This document shows, piece by piece, positions 45,687-55,877 of a DNA stretch of 64,000 nucleotides. The DNA is from an uncultured Planctomycetota bacterium (GTDB lineage Bacteria; Planctomycetota; SKW154; DAOVDS01). The notes under the pieces are model-generated. The model ran no database searches. It worked only from the letters and a program-made list of their open reading frames with translations, and had not been told where the DNA came from. The position numbers were made by a program, and so were the translations under genes. The first letter of the stretch is position 1. Each line of letters begins with the position of its first letter. The stretch is taken from assembly GCA_964641955.1 (NCBI GenBank), contig CAZXNM010000010.1, forward strand, positions 65 through 64,064, in the 5' to 3' direction.

Positions 45687-46907
45687 ATGAGAAGGCCGAT
45701 TTTTCTAATGCTCGCATTGTCGCTTGTGGCCATTTTCGCGCTGGCCGAGGGCAAGGAAGAACCGTTCCTGCAGTTCGCCAAGGGCAATTACTGGGAATAC
45801 GAGGTCGCCGGTCCATTCGACGAGACGAAGAATGGCAAGATGGAAATAGTGGAAATTGGTGCTGACGGCGCTTTCAAGATGACTCTCAAGGACTTCGGTC
45901 CAATCGGAAGAGAGATGAAAGGCAAACTCACCAAGGAATACCTCACCTGGAACTGGGGAGGAGAGTTCGACTGGAAGGTCCTGAAGTTCGGGGTTAAGAA
46001 GGGCGACAGTTGGGTATCAAAGATAAGCCGCGGAACGCGAGAGATGACTCTCAAGTCAAAGGTGATAGCTGTCGAAGACCTCAAGACACCGGCCGGGACT
46101 TTTAAAAACTGCCTGAAGATTGAGAATTACCCGGAGGAGGAGCCTCAAGAGGTTGTACACACGTGGTGGGCCAACGGAGTAGGGCTGCTGAAGCTCGCCG
46201 TCGCGGAAGCAGGCAGGTCGGAGATGAGCTGGACGCTCAAGTCCTACAAGGTCGGTCCGGACATTAGCGACAAGCAGCTCAAGGAGATGGTCGGGAAAGC
46301 GGACATCATAGCCCTGGTCTCGATTCCGAAAGATGCCGAGAAGTCCGATAAGGCGGAGGTAACTGTTACCGGCATATACAAGGGCAAAGTCGAGACGAAA
46401 GATGGCAAGATGGAAATCACCCAGCCCGGTAAGGACTCGAAGCTTAAAAGACTCAAGGAAGGTGATTACCTCGCCTTCCTGAAGAAGGACGGCGACAAGC
46501 TTGTACTCGCATGCGACACTTTGAAATCTCAAGAGACGCTGACGAAACAGCTTGTCAAGCTTCTCAAACCGGAGGATAAGGGCGACGAACTCCTCAAGAG
46601 CCTGTGCGACAAAGCCGAAACCGTGGCGGCAGTCGAAGTCGTGAAACTCGAAGACAGGGGCGAGTTCAAGTATTACGTTGTGAAAGTGCTCTCAGCAGTG
46701 AAGAATGCCGAGGAAGGCAAGCACCTCGATGTTCTCGTGCCTGCGGGCGTAACATTGAAAGAAAACGCAAAACACATTCTGTTTCTCGTTGCGACCAAAG
46801 AACATGGGCGCAGAATGATGCAGCTTGTGGATGTGGTCAAGGGAGTCCTCGACCACAAGGAAGAAACCCTCAAGAAGATCGAGGAGATTGTCAAGAGTTC
46901 CAAGTAA
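45687..46907 (+). CDS. Secreted protein, tandem paralog family member 1
   Basis: Signal peptide MRRPIFLMLALSLVAIFALA, then the conserved EGKEEPFLQFAKGNYWEYEV ... TPAGTFKNCLKIENYP ... WWANGVGLLKL ... VEVVKLEDRGEFKYYVVKVLSAVK ... EGKHLDVL. Confidence 0.6.
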   Translation: MRRPIFLMLALSLVAIFALAEGKEEPFLQFAKGNYWEYEVAGPFDETKNGKMEIVEIGADGAFKMTLKDFGPIGREMKGKLTKEYLTWNWGGEFDWKVLKFGVKKGDSWVSKISRGTREMTLKSKVIAVEDLKTPAGTFKNCLKIENYPEEEPQEVVHTWWANGVGLLKLAVAEAGRSEMSWTLKSYKVGPDISDKQLKEMVGKADIIALVSIPKDAEKSDKAEVTVTGIYKGKVETKDGKMEITQPGKDSKLKRLKEGDYLAFLKKDGDKLVLACDTLKSQETLTKQLVKLLKPEDKGDELLKSLCDKAETVAAVEVVKLEDRGEFKYYVVKVLSAVKNAEEGKHLDVLVPAGVTLKENAKHILFLVATKEHGRRMMQLVDVVKGVLDHKEETLKKIEEIVKSSK

Positions 46908-46937
46908 CCGTCCAGATCAAACAGGAGACGAAGAATC

Positions 46938-48170
46938 GTGAAAAAACTGGCCGTTGTGTTGATACTGGCCGCCGGCGCCTGCGGCATTGCGCTGGCGGAA
47001 GGCAAGGAAGAGCCGTTCCTGCAGCTCGCCAAGGGCAACTACTGGAAGTTCGACGTGGAGAAGCGCGGCAACAAGACTTCCGGCAAGATGGAAGTGACGG
47101 AGATGGGCAAGGAGGGCAAGATAAAGGTCAAGCTCACCGACATGAGCGGCCCCATGGGCAATGAGATGGTCATGGAGATGTCAGGCGGACATCTCATCTG
47201 GGAAATGGATGAGCGCAGGGCCAAGTTCCGCTGGAAAGTACTCAAGCTAAACGCGAAGAAGGATGACTCCTGGGAGTCGGATGTAGCTGAATTTGACGAG
47301 AAGATGGTGCTGACGTCCAAGGTCACGGCAGTCGAGGATGTCAAGACGCCGGCCGGGACGATAAAGGGCTGCCTCAAGGTGGAGAACTACCCTTCCGGAG
47401 AGCCCGACAGGAAAGTCATCATGTGGTGGGCGAAAGGCGTTGGGCTCGTCAAGCTCGAAGTAACCAGGCGCGCAGAAGTGAGCGAGAGCTGGACGCTCAC
47501 TGCCTACAAGGTCGGGCCGGACATAAGCGACGAGAAGCTCAAGGAGATGGTCGATAAGTCGGATGTCATTGCGCTCGTCTCGGTACCGAAAGAAACCGCC
47601 AAGTCCGACAAGGTGCAGGTAAAATTGACCGGCAGCTACAAGGGCGAGCCGGAAACGCAGGACGGCAAGATGGAAATCGCCCGGCCCGGAAAAGACTCGA
47701 AGCTCAAGGCGCTTAATGAAGGCGATTTTATCGTGTTCCTGAAGAAGGACGGCGACAAGCTCTCTCTCCTCTACGACGCCGTCAGGTCGCAGAAGGAGCT
47801 TACCGACCGGCTGACCAAGCTCCTGAAGCCCGGCGATGAGGCCGAGGATGCGCTTGGCAAACTTTGCGGCAAAGCGGAAGTCATCGCCGCGGCGGAAATT
47901 GTGAAGCTCGAAGACAGGGGAACGTTCAAGTACTACGTCGTCAAGGTCTTATCTGCTCTTAAAGGCAGCGCAAAGGAAGGGAAGCATCTGGATGTATTGA
48001 GCCCGCAGGGTCTCGACCTGAAAGAAGGCGGGAAGCACATCCTGTTCCTCGAAGCGACGGAGCAGTCAGGCCGGAAGATGTGGCGGCTGGCCGACCTTGT
48101 CAGCGGCGCGGCCGAGTTGAAGGATGACCTGCTCAAGAAAGTCAAAGAATTTGTGAAAGGCTCGAAGTAA
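46938..48170 (+). CDS. Secreted protein, tandem paralog family member 2
   Basis: GTG start 30 nt after member 1. Colinear with members 1 and 3 at about 50% identity. Confidence 0.6.
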   Translation: MKKLAVVLILAAGACGIALAEGKEEPFLQLAKGNYWKFDVEKRGNKTSGKMEVTEMGKEGKIKVKLTDMSGPMGNEMVMEMSGGHLIWEMDERRAKFRWKVLKLNAKKDDSWESDVAEFDEKMVLTSKVTAVEDVKTPAGTIKGCLKVENYPSGEPDRKVIMWWAKGVGLVKLEVTRRAEVSESWTLTAYKVGPDISDEKLKEMVDKSDVIALVSVPKETAKSDKVQVKLTGSYKGEPETQDGKMEIARPGKDSKLKALNEGDFIVFLKKDGDKLSLLYDAVRSQKELTDRLTKLLKPGDEAEDALGKLCGKAEVIAAAEIVKLEDRGTFKYYVVKVLSALKGSAKEGKHLDVLSPQGLDLKEGGKHILFLEATEQSGRKMWRLADLVSGAAELKDDLLKKVKEFVKGSK

Positions 48171-48195
48171 CAAGCCCCGCAAGGAAGGAGAGACC

Positions 48196-49452
48196 ATGAA
48201 GAAAGCGGTTGTGACGCTATTCGCGCTTCTGTCGCTGTGCGCGGTCGCGCTGGCGGAAGGCAAGGAAGAGCCGTTCCTGCAGCTCGCAAAGGGCAATTTC
48301 TGGAAATATGACGTCGTGGAGCACGGGGACAAGTCGTCCGGAAAACTCGAAGTAGAAGAAGTCAAGGCAGATGGGACGGCCAAAATCAAGGTCACTGAAA
48401 TGGCCGACTTCCCCGCCTCTATCAACTGGAAGATGACCAAAGAGTATCTTGTCTGGGAACTGTCGGAGGCGGGAATTTCCTTCAAGTGGAACATGCTTAA
48501 GTTCGGTGCGAAAAAGAACGACTCCTGGACAACCGATATGATGCCAGAGGGAATCGAGGTGCCCGATGGCGTACCGCCCGAACAGCTCAAGCTCACCATC
48601 AAATCGACAGTTGTAGCAGTAGAGGATGTCACCACGCCTGCCGGGACCTTCAAGGGATGCCTGAAAGTCAAGCACGTGACTCCCGGACCGAACGAGGGAG
48701 TATATATGTGGTGGGCAAAGGACATCGGCCTTGTCAAACTGCTGGTGGAAAAGGCAAACAACGATGTGGACACAAGCTGGACTCTCACCGGCTACAAGGC
48801 CGGGCCGGATATCACCGATAAGCAGCTAAAGGAGATGGTCCAGAAGGCCGAAATGGTCGTAATCATCCACGTTGACAAGGAAGCGCTCGGCGAGGAAGAC
48901 GTGCAGGTAAGTCTCAGGGGCGCGTACAAGGGCGACCCGAAGGCAAAGGACGGGAAGATAGTCATCACCCAGCCGGAGAAAGGCTCAAAGATAAAGGCGC
49001 TCGAAGAGGGCGATTACGTCGTGTTCCTGAAGAAGGACGGCGAGAAGCTGGTGCTTTCAGGCGCTGCTGTCAAGTCCCAGAAGGACTTAATCGCCCGGCT
49101 CGACAAGCTCTTCAAGCCGGAGTCCGGCGATGAGAAGCTCAAGCAGCTCTGCGAGAAGGCGGAAATCGTCATCGTGGCCGAGGCCGTCAAGCTCGAAGAC
49201 AGGGGCAGCTACAAGTACTATGTCGTGAAAATCGTATCGGGCCTGAAGGGAGCCGACGAGGGCAAGCACATGGATGTCCTTTGCCCGCAGGGCGTGACGC
49301 TCAAGGAAGGCGCGAAGTATATCATGTTCCTTGCCAGGACGGAGGAGACGGGCCGTAAGATGGCGCGTCCCGTGGATGTCGTCCGCGGCATTATCGAGCA
49401 CGACGAAGACGTCGTCAAGAAGCTGAAAGAGACCGTAGGAGGCTCCAAGTAG
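48196..49452 (+). CDS. Secreted protein, tandem paralog family member 3
   Basis: ATG with AGGAGAG RBS, 25 nt after member 2. Colinear with members 1 and 2. Confidence 0.6.
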   Translation: MKKAVVTLFALLSLCAVALAEGKEEPFLQLAKGNFWKYDVVEHGDKSSGKLEVEEVKADGTAKIKVTEMADFPASINWKMTKEYLVWELSEAGISFKWNMLKFGAKKNDSWTTDMMPEGIEVPDGVPPEQLKLTIKSTVVAVEDVTTPAGTFKGCLKVKHVTPGPNEGVYMWWAKDIGLVKLLVEKANNDVDTSWTLTGYKAGPDITDKQLKEMVQKAEMVVIIHVDKEALGEEDVQVSLRGAYKGDPKAKDGKIVITQPEKGSKIKALEEGDYVVFLKKDGEKLVLSGAAVKSQKDLIARLDKLFKPESGDEKLKQLCEKAEIVIVAEAVKLEDRGSYKYYVVKIVSGLKGADEGKHMDVLCPQGVTLKEGAKYIMFLARTEETGRKMARPVDVVRGIIEHDEDVVKKLKETVGGSK

Positions 49453-49465
49453 CGGGTTGCCGGGT

Positions 49466-50407
49466 TCAGGACGGCGCCTGTTCCAGCCGCTCGCGCGCGA
49501 GCTTAACGATTGTCCTTGCCGTGTCGCAGGACAGAGCCCCGTCGAAGGCTTCCCATCTCGGCGCGCGGTTTGCCTCGATGATTCTCAGTCCGTCTGAGGC
49601 CGTCTCCCCGATATCGACGCCGAAGATGCCTATTTTGCTCACGTTGCTGCATGCGTAATCGACTATGTCGGGCCGGTCCACGGCGACGAAAGTGCCGCCC
49701 TGCGCCGCATTAGCCGCCACCGAGCCCTCGGCCGCTATCTTGCGCGCAATCCCCAGCGACCGCCCGAAAAACAGGATGACCCGGAACTCGTTCACGAACT
49801 CCTCGAACGGTTGCAGCATGAGCGGCGTCTTCCTTTTCTTGCTGTAAAAGCTCCTCACATACTGCAGCAATCCCTGTTTGTCGTCCAGCTTCACAACACC
49901 CTTGCCGCCGCTGCCGCCTATCGGCTTGGCTATCAGGGGAAAGCGCCCCGCCCTCTCAAGCCTCTTCGCCAGGTCTTCCGCTGCGGCGCGGCCGAACGCG
50001 AGGTACGTGGTCGAGCCGACTCCCTCGCTGAATCTCTTAATGCTGGTCCCGAGCTTGCCGCTCCTCCTACCGCCTTGAAGTCCGATGCGGTCGAGAATGT
50101 CGCAGCCCCGCAACGCGAGGCAGCGCAGCGTCGCATTGAGCCCGCCGCCGAGCCGGTATGTGGACCTGACTATCAGGGAATCGATTTCCGGCATTGGCCG
50201 GCCTTCCTGATAAAGGCTCGGAGCTTCTTCCCCGCGCGGCAGCTCGACGGACACGAGGTTGGTATTTATCAGGAACACCTCCCCGTATATCTCGCGTCCC
50301 ACCTCCAACAGCCTGCGCGTTTCGTAGGTCAGCGCGCTTTCGCCCCGGCCCCAGTTGTTGGCGATAAGGCTGCTGACAAGTCCCAGCGTTTTTCCGCCTC
50401 GCGCCAT
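49466..50407 (-). CDS. RimK-like ATP-grasp ligase
   Basis: ATP-grasp motifs (PLIAKPIGGSGGKGV; GVDIGETASDGLRIIEANRAP). 313 aa. Confidence 0.65.
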   Translation of the reverse strand: MARGGKTLGLVSSLIANNWGRGESALTYETRRLLEVGREIYGEVFLINTNLVSVELPRGEEAPSLYQEGRPMPEIDSLIVRSTYRLGGGLNATLRCLALRGCDILDRIGLQGGRRSGKLGTSIKRFSEGVGSTTYLAFGRAAAEDLAKRLERAGRFPLIAKPIGGSGGKGVVKLDDKQGLLQYVRSFYSKKRKTPLMLQPFEEFVNEFRVILFFGRSLGIARKIAAEGSVAANAAQGGTFVAVDRPDIVDYACSNVSKIGIFGVDIGETASDGLRIIEANRAPRWEAFDGALSCDTARTIVKLARERLEQAPS

Positions 50408-50678
50408 CTCAATACTCCGCGACTATCCAGGTTCCCGGCAGGAATAGTAAACGCGCCGGGGGCGGATTGCAAGCAGTGACACGCCCCTTTGAAAAAGCCA
50501 AACCCGCGGCGCCGAAAAAGTGTATCAATATATGGGCCGGATTTCATCGAGTATTCCGGCCCTTTGGGCGCAACTAAGACATTAGCGGAGACGTTTGACT
50601 GAATAGGGGAAAGCTTCCTTCGTTGACAACTAAGCAGATTGAAGTACAATCTATCGGAAGCTTGCCCGGAGAGAGAGA

Positions 50679-52877
50679 ATGTCACAGGTCCTTACATGTC
50701 CGAACTGTGGTGCCACCGCCGAGATAGGCGAAGGCATAGAGAGCGGGCAGTTCGTCTGCGCGAAGTGCAGGAGCACCGTGGGATTCGGGCCCGGGGCGAC
50801 AATGGTTCTCGAAAGGACAGAAGTCAACGACGACATGGTCGGCAAAACTCTCGCCGGTTACGAAGTTAAAAGCCTGCTGGGCGCGGGCGGAATGGGCAAG
50901 GTCTACCTCGCCAGGCAGATTTCCATAGACAGGCCGGTAGCGCTCAAGATACTGGCTGCCCGCCTTGCGGAGAACGACAACTTCACAAAGCGCTTCATCA
51001 GGGAAGCTCAGGCCGCGGGCAGGCTCCTGCACCCCAATCTCGTAACAGTCTTCGACGCGGGAAAGGAAGGCAACACCTACTTCTTCTCGATGGAATACGT
51101 CAAGGGCGAGCCGGCATCGAAGCTTATATTCGAGACGGGAAAGGTTGCGCCGGTCGAGGCACTCAGGATAGTCAGGCAGGTCGCCGAAGCGCTGCGCTGC
51201 GCCTTCGAGCAGGGCATAATCCACCGCGACATTAAGCCCGACAACATAATGATAACCCCCTCCGGGCTGGTGAAGCTGGCCGACCTCGGGCTGGCCAAGC
51301 ACATAGAGGGCGAGGCGGGCGAGTCGGGGCTGACCGTGGCCGGCGCGGTCATGGGCACGCCGCACTACCTCGCGCCCGAGCAGGCCCGCAACTCGAAGGA
51401 CGTAGACCAGAGGGCGGACATATACTCGCTGGGCTGCACGCTTTACCATATGCTTACAGGCTGCGTGCCCTTCTCCGGAAGCTCGACGTACGAAATTCTC
51501 AGAAAGCACGAAATAGAAGAGCCGGAATTTCCCGAGGATTCCGGAATACCGGAGCAGGTTTGCCGGCTCGTGTGCTCAATGATGGCAAAGGACCCCGAAG
51601 ATAGACCCCAGACGCCAAGCGAGGTTCTCTCCGCCATAGACCAGATACTGGGCACCCCCAGCACGGCAGCCGGCGGCACCGCGCCGCTGACAGCGGGCGG
51701 CCTGCAGACGCCAACCGGGGCGATGCGGACTCCCACACCTGTGGAGCCGGGGTCAGGCGCCGCGACGCAGCCGGCGGAACCAGCGCGCAAGAAGAAGCGC
51801 CTCAGGTGGATACTCGCGGCAGTTATAGTCGTGCTAATCCTCTTTATGATTGCCTCGTCCGCAAAAGACAGGGAATCGGCGCGCAGGTTCGACGAAGCCC
51901 GGCAGTACGCGGAGAACAATCCCGCAGACATCCAAGGCACTCTGCGCCAGTACTACGATTTCGCCGGCGATTACAAGGGAACGAAATGGGCGAACAAGGC
52001 CCACGAGGCGATTTTCGCGGCTGTACAGGCCTACGCCGGGGAACACCCGGAAGACACGGAGAACACGCTGGCCATGTACAACGACGTTGTCACAAGGCTG
52101 GAGGGAACAACCTGGGCCACCAAGGCGAAGCAGGCGATACTCGATATCGGCTACTCCCAGCTCGAAGAAGCCCTTGAGAAGGGGCCGGGCAAGCTCGACA
52201 AGCTGCTGGAGCAGCTCAAGGAAATCAAGGAAGCCACGCCGGACGAGGAGTTCGCCGGCAGCGTGGACACGTGGATAGAGAGGCTCAAGGACGCCCGCGA
52301 CAAGGGCGTGGAACTCGAATTCAGGCGCTTCAAGGAAGATGTCGAGAAGCTCTTCCGCGAGGGCAAGTGGGGCGAGGCACTGGTGCGAGTCGAGAAGTAT
52401 CCCGGCGAGAAGGGTTTAGTCAGGATTCCGGCGCCTATACAGAAGTTCATGGAAAGAACGCTGGCTATGGCCGAAATCGAGAGAACCGCAAAAGGCTTCT
52501 ACAATGCTGCATTCAAGAAGGACTGGCTCGCCGTGGCCAAATTCATCGACCCCGAACAGGTCAAGCAAGATGACAAACTCCAGGGACTGCAGTTGGCGGG
52601 AAACATCGCGCTCGCGTGGACGCGCGCCAGGGACTACCGCGTAGACCGCATAGAAGTGTCCCTGCCGGATAACAAGGCTCAAATACACGGGACCGTCAAG
52701 CGCAGAGGAATCGGAGGCCGGACGGAAGATACAGACATGCCGGTCAGCAACAATGCGATAAGGCGCAACGGTAAATGGTACATTCGCCTCGACCCGAAGC
52801 CGGAAAGAGAGCACAGGGACCCCGAGAATACGACTCCCCGCCATCCCCGAAGACCGCGGCGCACTGACTCCAAGTAG
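50679..52877 (+). CDS. Ser/Thr protein kinase with an N-terminal zinc ribbon, Pro/Ala-rich linker, transmembrane helix and extracytoplasmic C-terminal domain
   Basis: CPNCG...CAKC; kinase subdomains (GAGGMGKVY, ALKIL, HRDIKPDNIM, DLGLAK, GTPHYLAPE); transmembrane helix ILAAVIVVLILFMIA. Confidence 0.85.
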   Translation: MSQVLTCPNCGATAEIGEGIESGQFVCAKCRSTVGFGPGATMVLERTEVNDDMVGKTLAGYEVKSLLGAGGMGKVYLARQISIDRPVALKILAARLAENDNFTKRFIREAQAAGRLLHPNLVTVFDAGKEGNTYFFSMEYVKGEPASKLIFETGKVAPVEALRIVRQVAEALRCAFEQGIIHRDIKPDNIMITPSGLVKLADLGLAKHIEGEAGESGLTVAGAVMGTPHYLAPEQARNSKDVDQRADIYSLGCTLYHMLTGCVPFSGSSTYEILRKHEIEEPEFPEDSGIPEQVCRLVCSMMAKDPEDRPQTPSEVLSAIDQILGTPSTAAGGTAPLTAGGLQTPTGAMRTPTPVEPGSGAATQPAEPARKKKRLRWILAAVIVVLILFMIASSAKDRESARRFDEARQYAENNPADIQGTLRQYYDFAGDYKGTKWANKAHEAIFAAVQAYAGEHPEDTENTLAMYNDVVTRLEGTTWATKAKQAILDIGYSQLEEALEKGPGKLDKLLEQLKEIKEATPDEEFAGSVDTWIERLKDARDKGVELEFRRFKEDVEKLFREGKWGEALVRVEKYPGEKGLVRIPAPIQKFMERTLAMAEIERTAKGFYNAAFKKDWLAVAKFIDPEQVKQDDKLQGLQLAGNIALAWTRARDYRVDRIEVSLPDNKAQIHGTVKRRGIGGRTEDTDMPVSNNAIRRNGKWYIRLDPKPEREHRDPENTTPRHPRRPRRTDSK

Positions 52878-52985
52878 CGCGACATGCCGCCGGCACACCG
52901 GTTGCATCTCAGTAATCGATTGACACGGAAGAGGTTGTGAATTAAAATCCGGCTCTGCTCGTTCCTTTGAATCACGGGATAAGAA

Positions 52986-54431
52986 GTGGAAGAATACTAC
53001 GAAGAAAGACTGAAGAAGGCTGAAGAACTCCGGGAAAAGGGCATTGACCCTTACGGCCACAGGTTCGACGGCACCGCGCCCATAGAAGACGTTGTCGCAA
53101 ACTTCACGGAGGGCAGCGAGGAGAAAATCCGCATCGCCGGCAGGATTATGGCCATGCGAAGCCACGGCAAGGCCGCCTTCTTCGACGTGCACGACAGGAC
53201 CGGCAAGGTACAGGCATACGTCAAGAGGAACGCGATTGGCGACGAGGCTTTCGAGGTCTTCAGGATGCTCGACATCGGGGACATTATCGGCCTCGAGGGG
53301 CCGGTCGCGAAGACGCGCACGGGAGAAATTACCGTCTTCGTCGAGAAGTTCGAGCTTCTCTCCAAGGCGCTCATGCCCATGCCGGAAAAGTGGCACGGCC
53401 TGAAGGATGTCGAGCTGAGGTACCGCAGGCGATACGTTGACCTGGTCGCCAACCCGCAGTCAAAAGAAACCTTCATGCGCAGAATAAAGGCCATTGCGCG
53501 CATAAGGGAAATCCTGCACGCACGCGGGTTCATCGAGGTGGAAACCCCGGTAATGCACTCGATACCCGGCGGGGCGGCGGCGAGGCCTTTCGTTACGCAC
53601 CACAACGCGCTGGATATCGACCTGTACCTGCGCATAGCCCTCGAACTACACCTGAAGCGCCTGCTCGTCGGCGGACTCGAGCGCGTCTTCGAAATCAGCC
53701 GCGTGTTCCGCAACGAGGGCATCTCCACGAGGCATTCGCCCGAGTTCACCATGCTGGAACTCTACCAGGCTTACGGCAACTACGAAACCATGATGGAGAT
53801 AACCGAAGAGGTTTTCTCTACGCTCGCCGTCGAGGTATGCGGCAGCCACGAAGTCACTTACGGAGGCAAGACTTTCGACCTCAAGCCCCCCTACCCTAAG
53901 CGCACTTACGCCGAGCTGTTCGAAGAGCACGCGGGTTTCTCCATGAACGACGAGGCGGCAGTGAGGAAGAACGTGGCCGAACTCGAGCAGACTGTTGACG
54001 GCGGCCTCAGCGTATGGGCCATGGTTGATGTGCTCTTCGAGCACTACGTTGAGCCGAAGCTCGACGGGCCGGTCTTCGTGATTGACTATCCTGTCGCCAT
54101 CTGCCCGCTGGCGAAGCAGAAGACGGGCAGTCCCGAAATCGCCGAGCGCTTCGAGCTTTACATAGGCTCCGTCGAAGTGGCCAATGCATTCACCGAGCTT
54201 AACGACCCAGTAGAACAGAGAAAGCGCTTCGAGGAGCAGGCGCAGCACCTGGCGGACGTGACCGGCAAAATCGACGAGGACTACGTTCTCGCCCTGAGCT
54301 ACGGGATGCCGCCTGCGGGCGGGCTCGGGATAGGAATCGACCGGTTGGTCATGCTTCTCACGGACAGTCATTCGATACGCGACGTAATCCTGTTCCCGCT
54401 CCTCAAACCTCCTGACAAGGCGAAACAGTAA
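52986..54431 (+). CDS. lysS: Lysine--tRNA ligase (class II)
   Basis: N-terminal anticodon-binding OB fold (RIMAMRSHGKAAFFDVHDRTGKVQ) and class II motifs 1-3 (the last being GGLGIGIDRLVMLLT). 481 aa, ends at TAA. Confidence 0.9.
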   Translation: MEEYYEERLKKAEELREKGIDPYGHRFDGTAPIEDVVANFTEGSEEKIRIAGRIMAMRSHGKAAFFDVHDRTGKVQAYVKRNAIGDEAFEVFRMLDIGDIIGLEGPVAKTRTGEITVFVEKFELLSKALMPMPEKWHGLKDVELRYRRRYVDLVANPQSKETFMRRIKAIARIREILHARGFIEVETPVMHSIPGGAAARPFVTHHNALDIDLYLRIALELHLKRLLVGGLERVFEISRVFRNEGISTRHSPEFTMLELYQAYGNYETMMEITEEVFSTLAVEVCGSHEVTYGGKTFDLKPPYPKRTYAELFEEHAGFSMNDEAAVRKNVAELEQTVDGGLSVWAMVDVLFEHYVEPKLDGPVFVIDYPVAICPLAKQKTGSPEIAERFELYIGSVEVANAFTELNDPVEQRKRFEEQAQHLADVTGKIDEDYVLALSYGMPPAGGLGIGIDRLVMLLTDSHSIRDVILFPLLKPPDKAKQ

Positions 54432-55877
54432 GTGTACAAGCTTTTCATAGCACTCAGGTACCTCAAGCGCAGAATAATCACCTACATCGCCATTGCCGGC
54501 GTCAGCGTGGGCGTCATGGTCCTGGTAATCGTGCTGTCGGTCATGGGCGGGTTCCAGCGGGAATTCCACGAGAAAATCCGCGGCACCATGGCCGATATCA
54601 TAATCACCCAAGAAGGCTTCGCAATGAAGAACCATGACGAGATAATGAAGAAGGTGGTGAAGATACCCGGCGTCAAAGGTGTCGCGCCCTTTGTCCAGAA
54701 CATTATCCTTATCAAGGGTCTTCACATCGACTTCGGGTTCATCAAGGGCATCGACCCGCTCGAAGAGCCGAAAGTGAGTCAAATCAGGGAATACCTTCTC
54801 CGCCGGGAAGAAACGGAGATTATCGCCCGCCACGACCAGTTGGATATCTGGATTGAAGATGCCGAAAGCACCGAGAAATTGGCAAAACAGAGGGGCATTG
54901 ACCTGTCGCAAAACCCGCTATACAAATCATATTTGCAGAGGCTCGATTCCTGGCGCGTTGAGTTCGATGAGGTCAGCGACAAGCATGACAAGCTCAACGA
55001 CCGCAAGCCCATGACTGATGAGGAAATCCTGCTGCTTTTCAGCGAAAGAAGCACGGACCTCCCGGGCATAATAGTCGGCATCGAGATGTTCAAGTACTAC
55101 CAGATGGAGGTAGGAAGCGAAGTCACGCTCCTGACGGCCGCAAGCCTCGACGTCGAGGAGGCGAGCCAGCAGCGGTTCGAGGTACTCGGCGCGTTCCGGA
55201 CCGGGATGTTCGAGAACGACTTCCGCTACGTCTACGCGCAGCTATGGGAAGCCCAGCAGTTCGTCGGCGTGCCGGACTGCGTCTCCGGCGTCAGCGTGAA
55301 GCTTGACGACTACCGCAGGGCGGACGAAATCAAGCCGGTCATCGAGCGCGCCATTAACGCCGACCCATACCTCGGCCTTGCCGTGCGCACGTGGAAGGAG
55401 CAGAACAAGACGCTCCTGCAGGCCGTTCAGATGGAGAAGTGGCTGCTGGCGTTCATAATCTTTTTCATCGTGATAGTCGCCGGCTTCACCATCGTATCCA
55501 TACTGGCCATGATGGTAATCGAGAAGACCAAGGACCTCGGGATTATCAAGTCGCTCGGCGGCACCATGACCGGCATCATGAGCATATTCCTCGTCGCCGG
55601 CTCCTTCATAGGAATCGTCGGCAGCGCAATCGGCACTTTCCTCGGACTCATGTTCGTCTACAACATTAACGAGATTGCGGACCTGATAGAGGACGTTACC
55701 GGCTACCACCCCTTCCCGCCGAACGTCTATTACCTGACCGAAATCCCGACGATAGTTGACTACGGCGAGATAGCACAGGTCGTTGTTCCCACTATCGTCG
55801 TTTCCTTTATTTTCGCGCTCTACCCGGCGCTGAAGGCATCGAGGCTTAATCCCGTCGAGGCGCTGCGTTATGAGTAA
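54432..55877 (+). CDS. FtsX-family ABC-transporter permease (LolC/LolE-like)
   Basis: GTG start directly after the lysS stop. N-terminal helix, a large periplasmic MacB-like domain, then three C-terminal helices (FtsX). 481 aa. Confidence 0.7.
   Translation: MYKLFIALRYLKRRIITYIAIAGVSVGVMVLVIVLSVMGGFQREFHEKIRGTMADIIITQEGFAMKNHDEIMKKVVKIPGVKGVAPFVQNIILIKGLHIDFGFIKGIDPLEEPKVSQIREYLLRREETEIIARHDQLDIWIEDAESTEKLAKQRGIDLSQNPLYKSYLQRLDSWRVEFDEVSDKHDKLNDRKPMTDEEILLLFSERSTDLPGIIVGIEMFKYYQMEVGSEVTLLTAASLDVEEASQQRFEVLGAFRTGMFENDFRYVYAQLWEAQQFVGVPDCVSGVSVKLDDYRRADEIKPVIERAINADPYLGLAVRTWKEQNKTLLQAVQMEKWLLAFIIFFIVIVAGFTIVSILAMMVIEKTKDLGIIKSLGGTMTGIMSIFLVAGSFIGIVGSAIGTFLGLMFVYNINEIADLIEDVTGYHPFPPNVYYLTEIPTIVDYGEIAQVVVPTIVVSFIFALYPALKASRLNPVEALRYE

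Larger units (their letters stand above)
45687..49452 (+). repeat. Tandem triplication of an approximately 1.25-kb gene unit
   Basis: Three consecutive homologous coding units. Conserved blocks even generate recurring antisense ORF artefacts (MPLA[NS]CRNGSSLPSASA...). Confidence 0.6.

Noticed and set aside
45002-45787. Long N-terminal extension of the minus-strand ORF (MPLANCRNGSSLPSASA...) and the similar ORF 46673..47038
   Set aside because: They are antisense translations of the conserved signal-peptide/N-terminal coding region of the tandem paralogs. The same antisense peptide recurs opposite each copy.
45687-49452. The tandem repeat region as a mobile element or IS array
   Set aside because: There is no transposase, integrase or terminal inverted repeats. 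The units are diverged protein-coding paralogs with signal peptides.
53646-54911. 421-aa minus-strand ORF
   Set aside because: Antisense to lysS and the FtsX permease gene.
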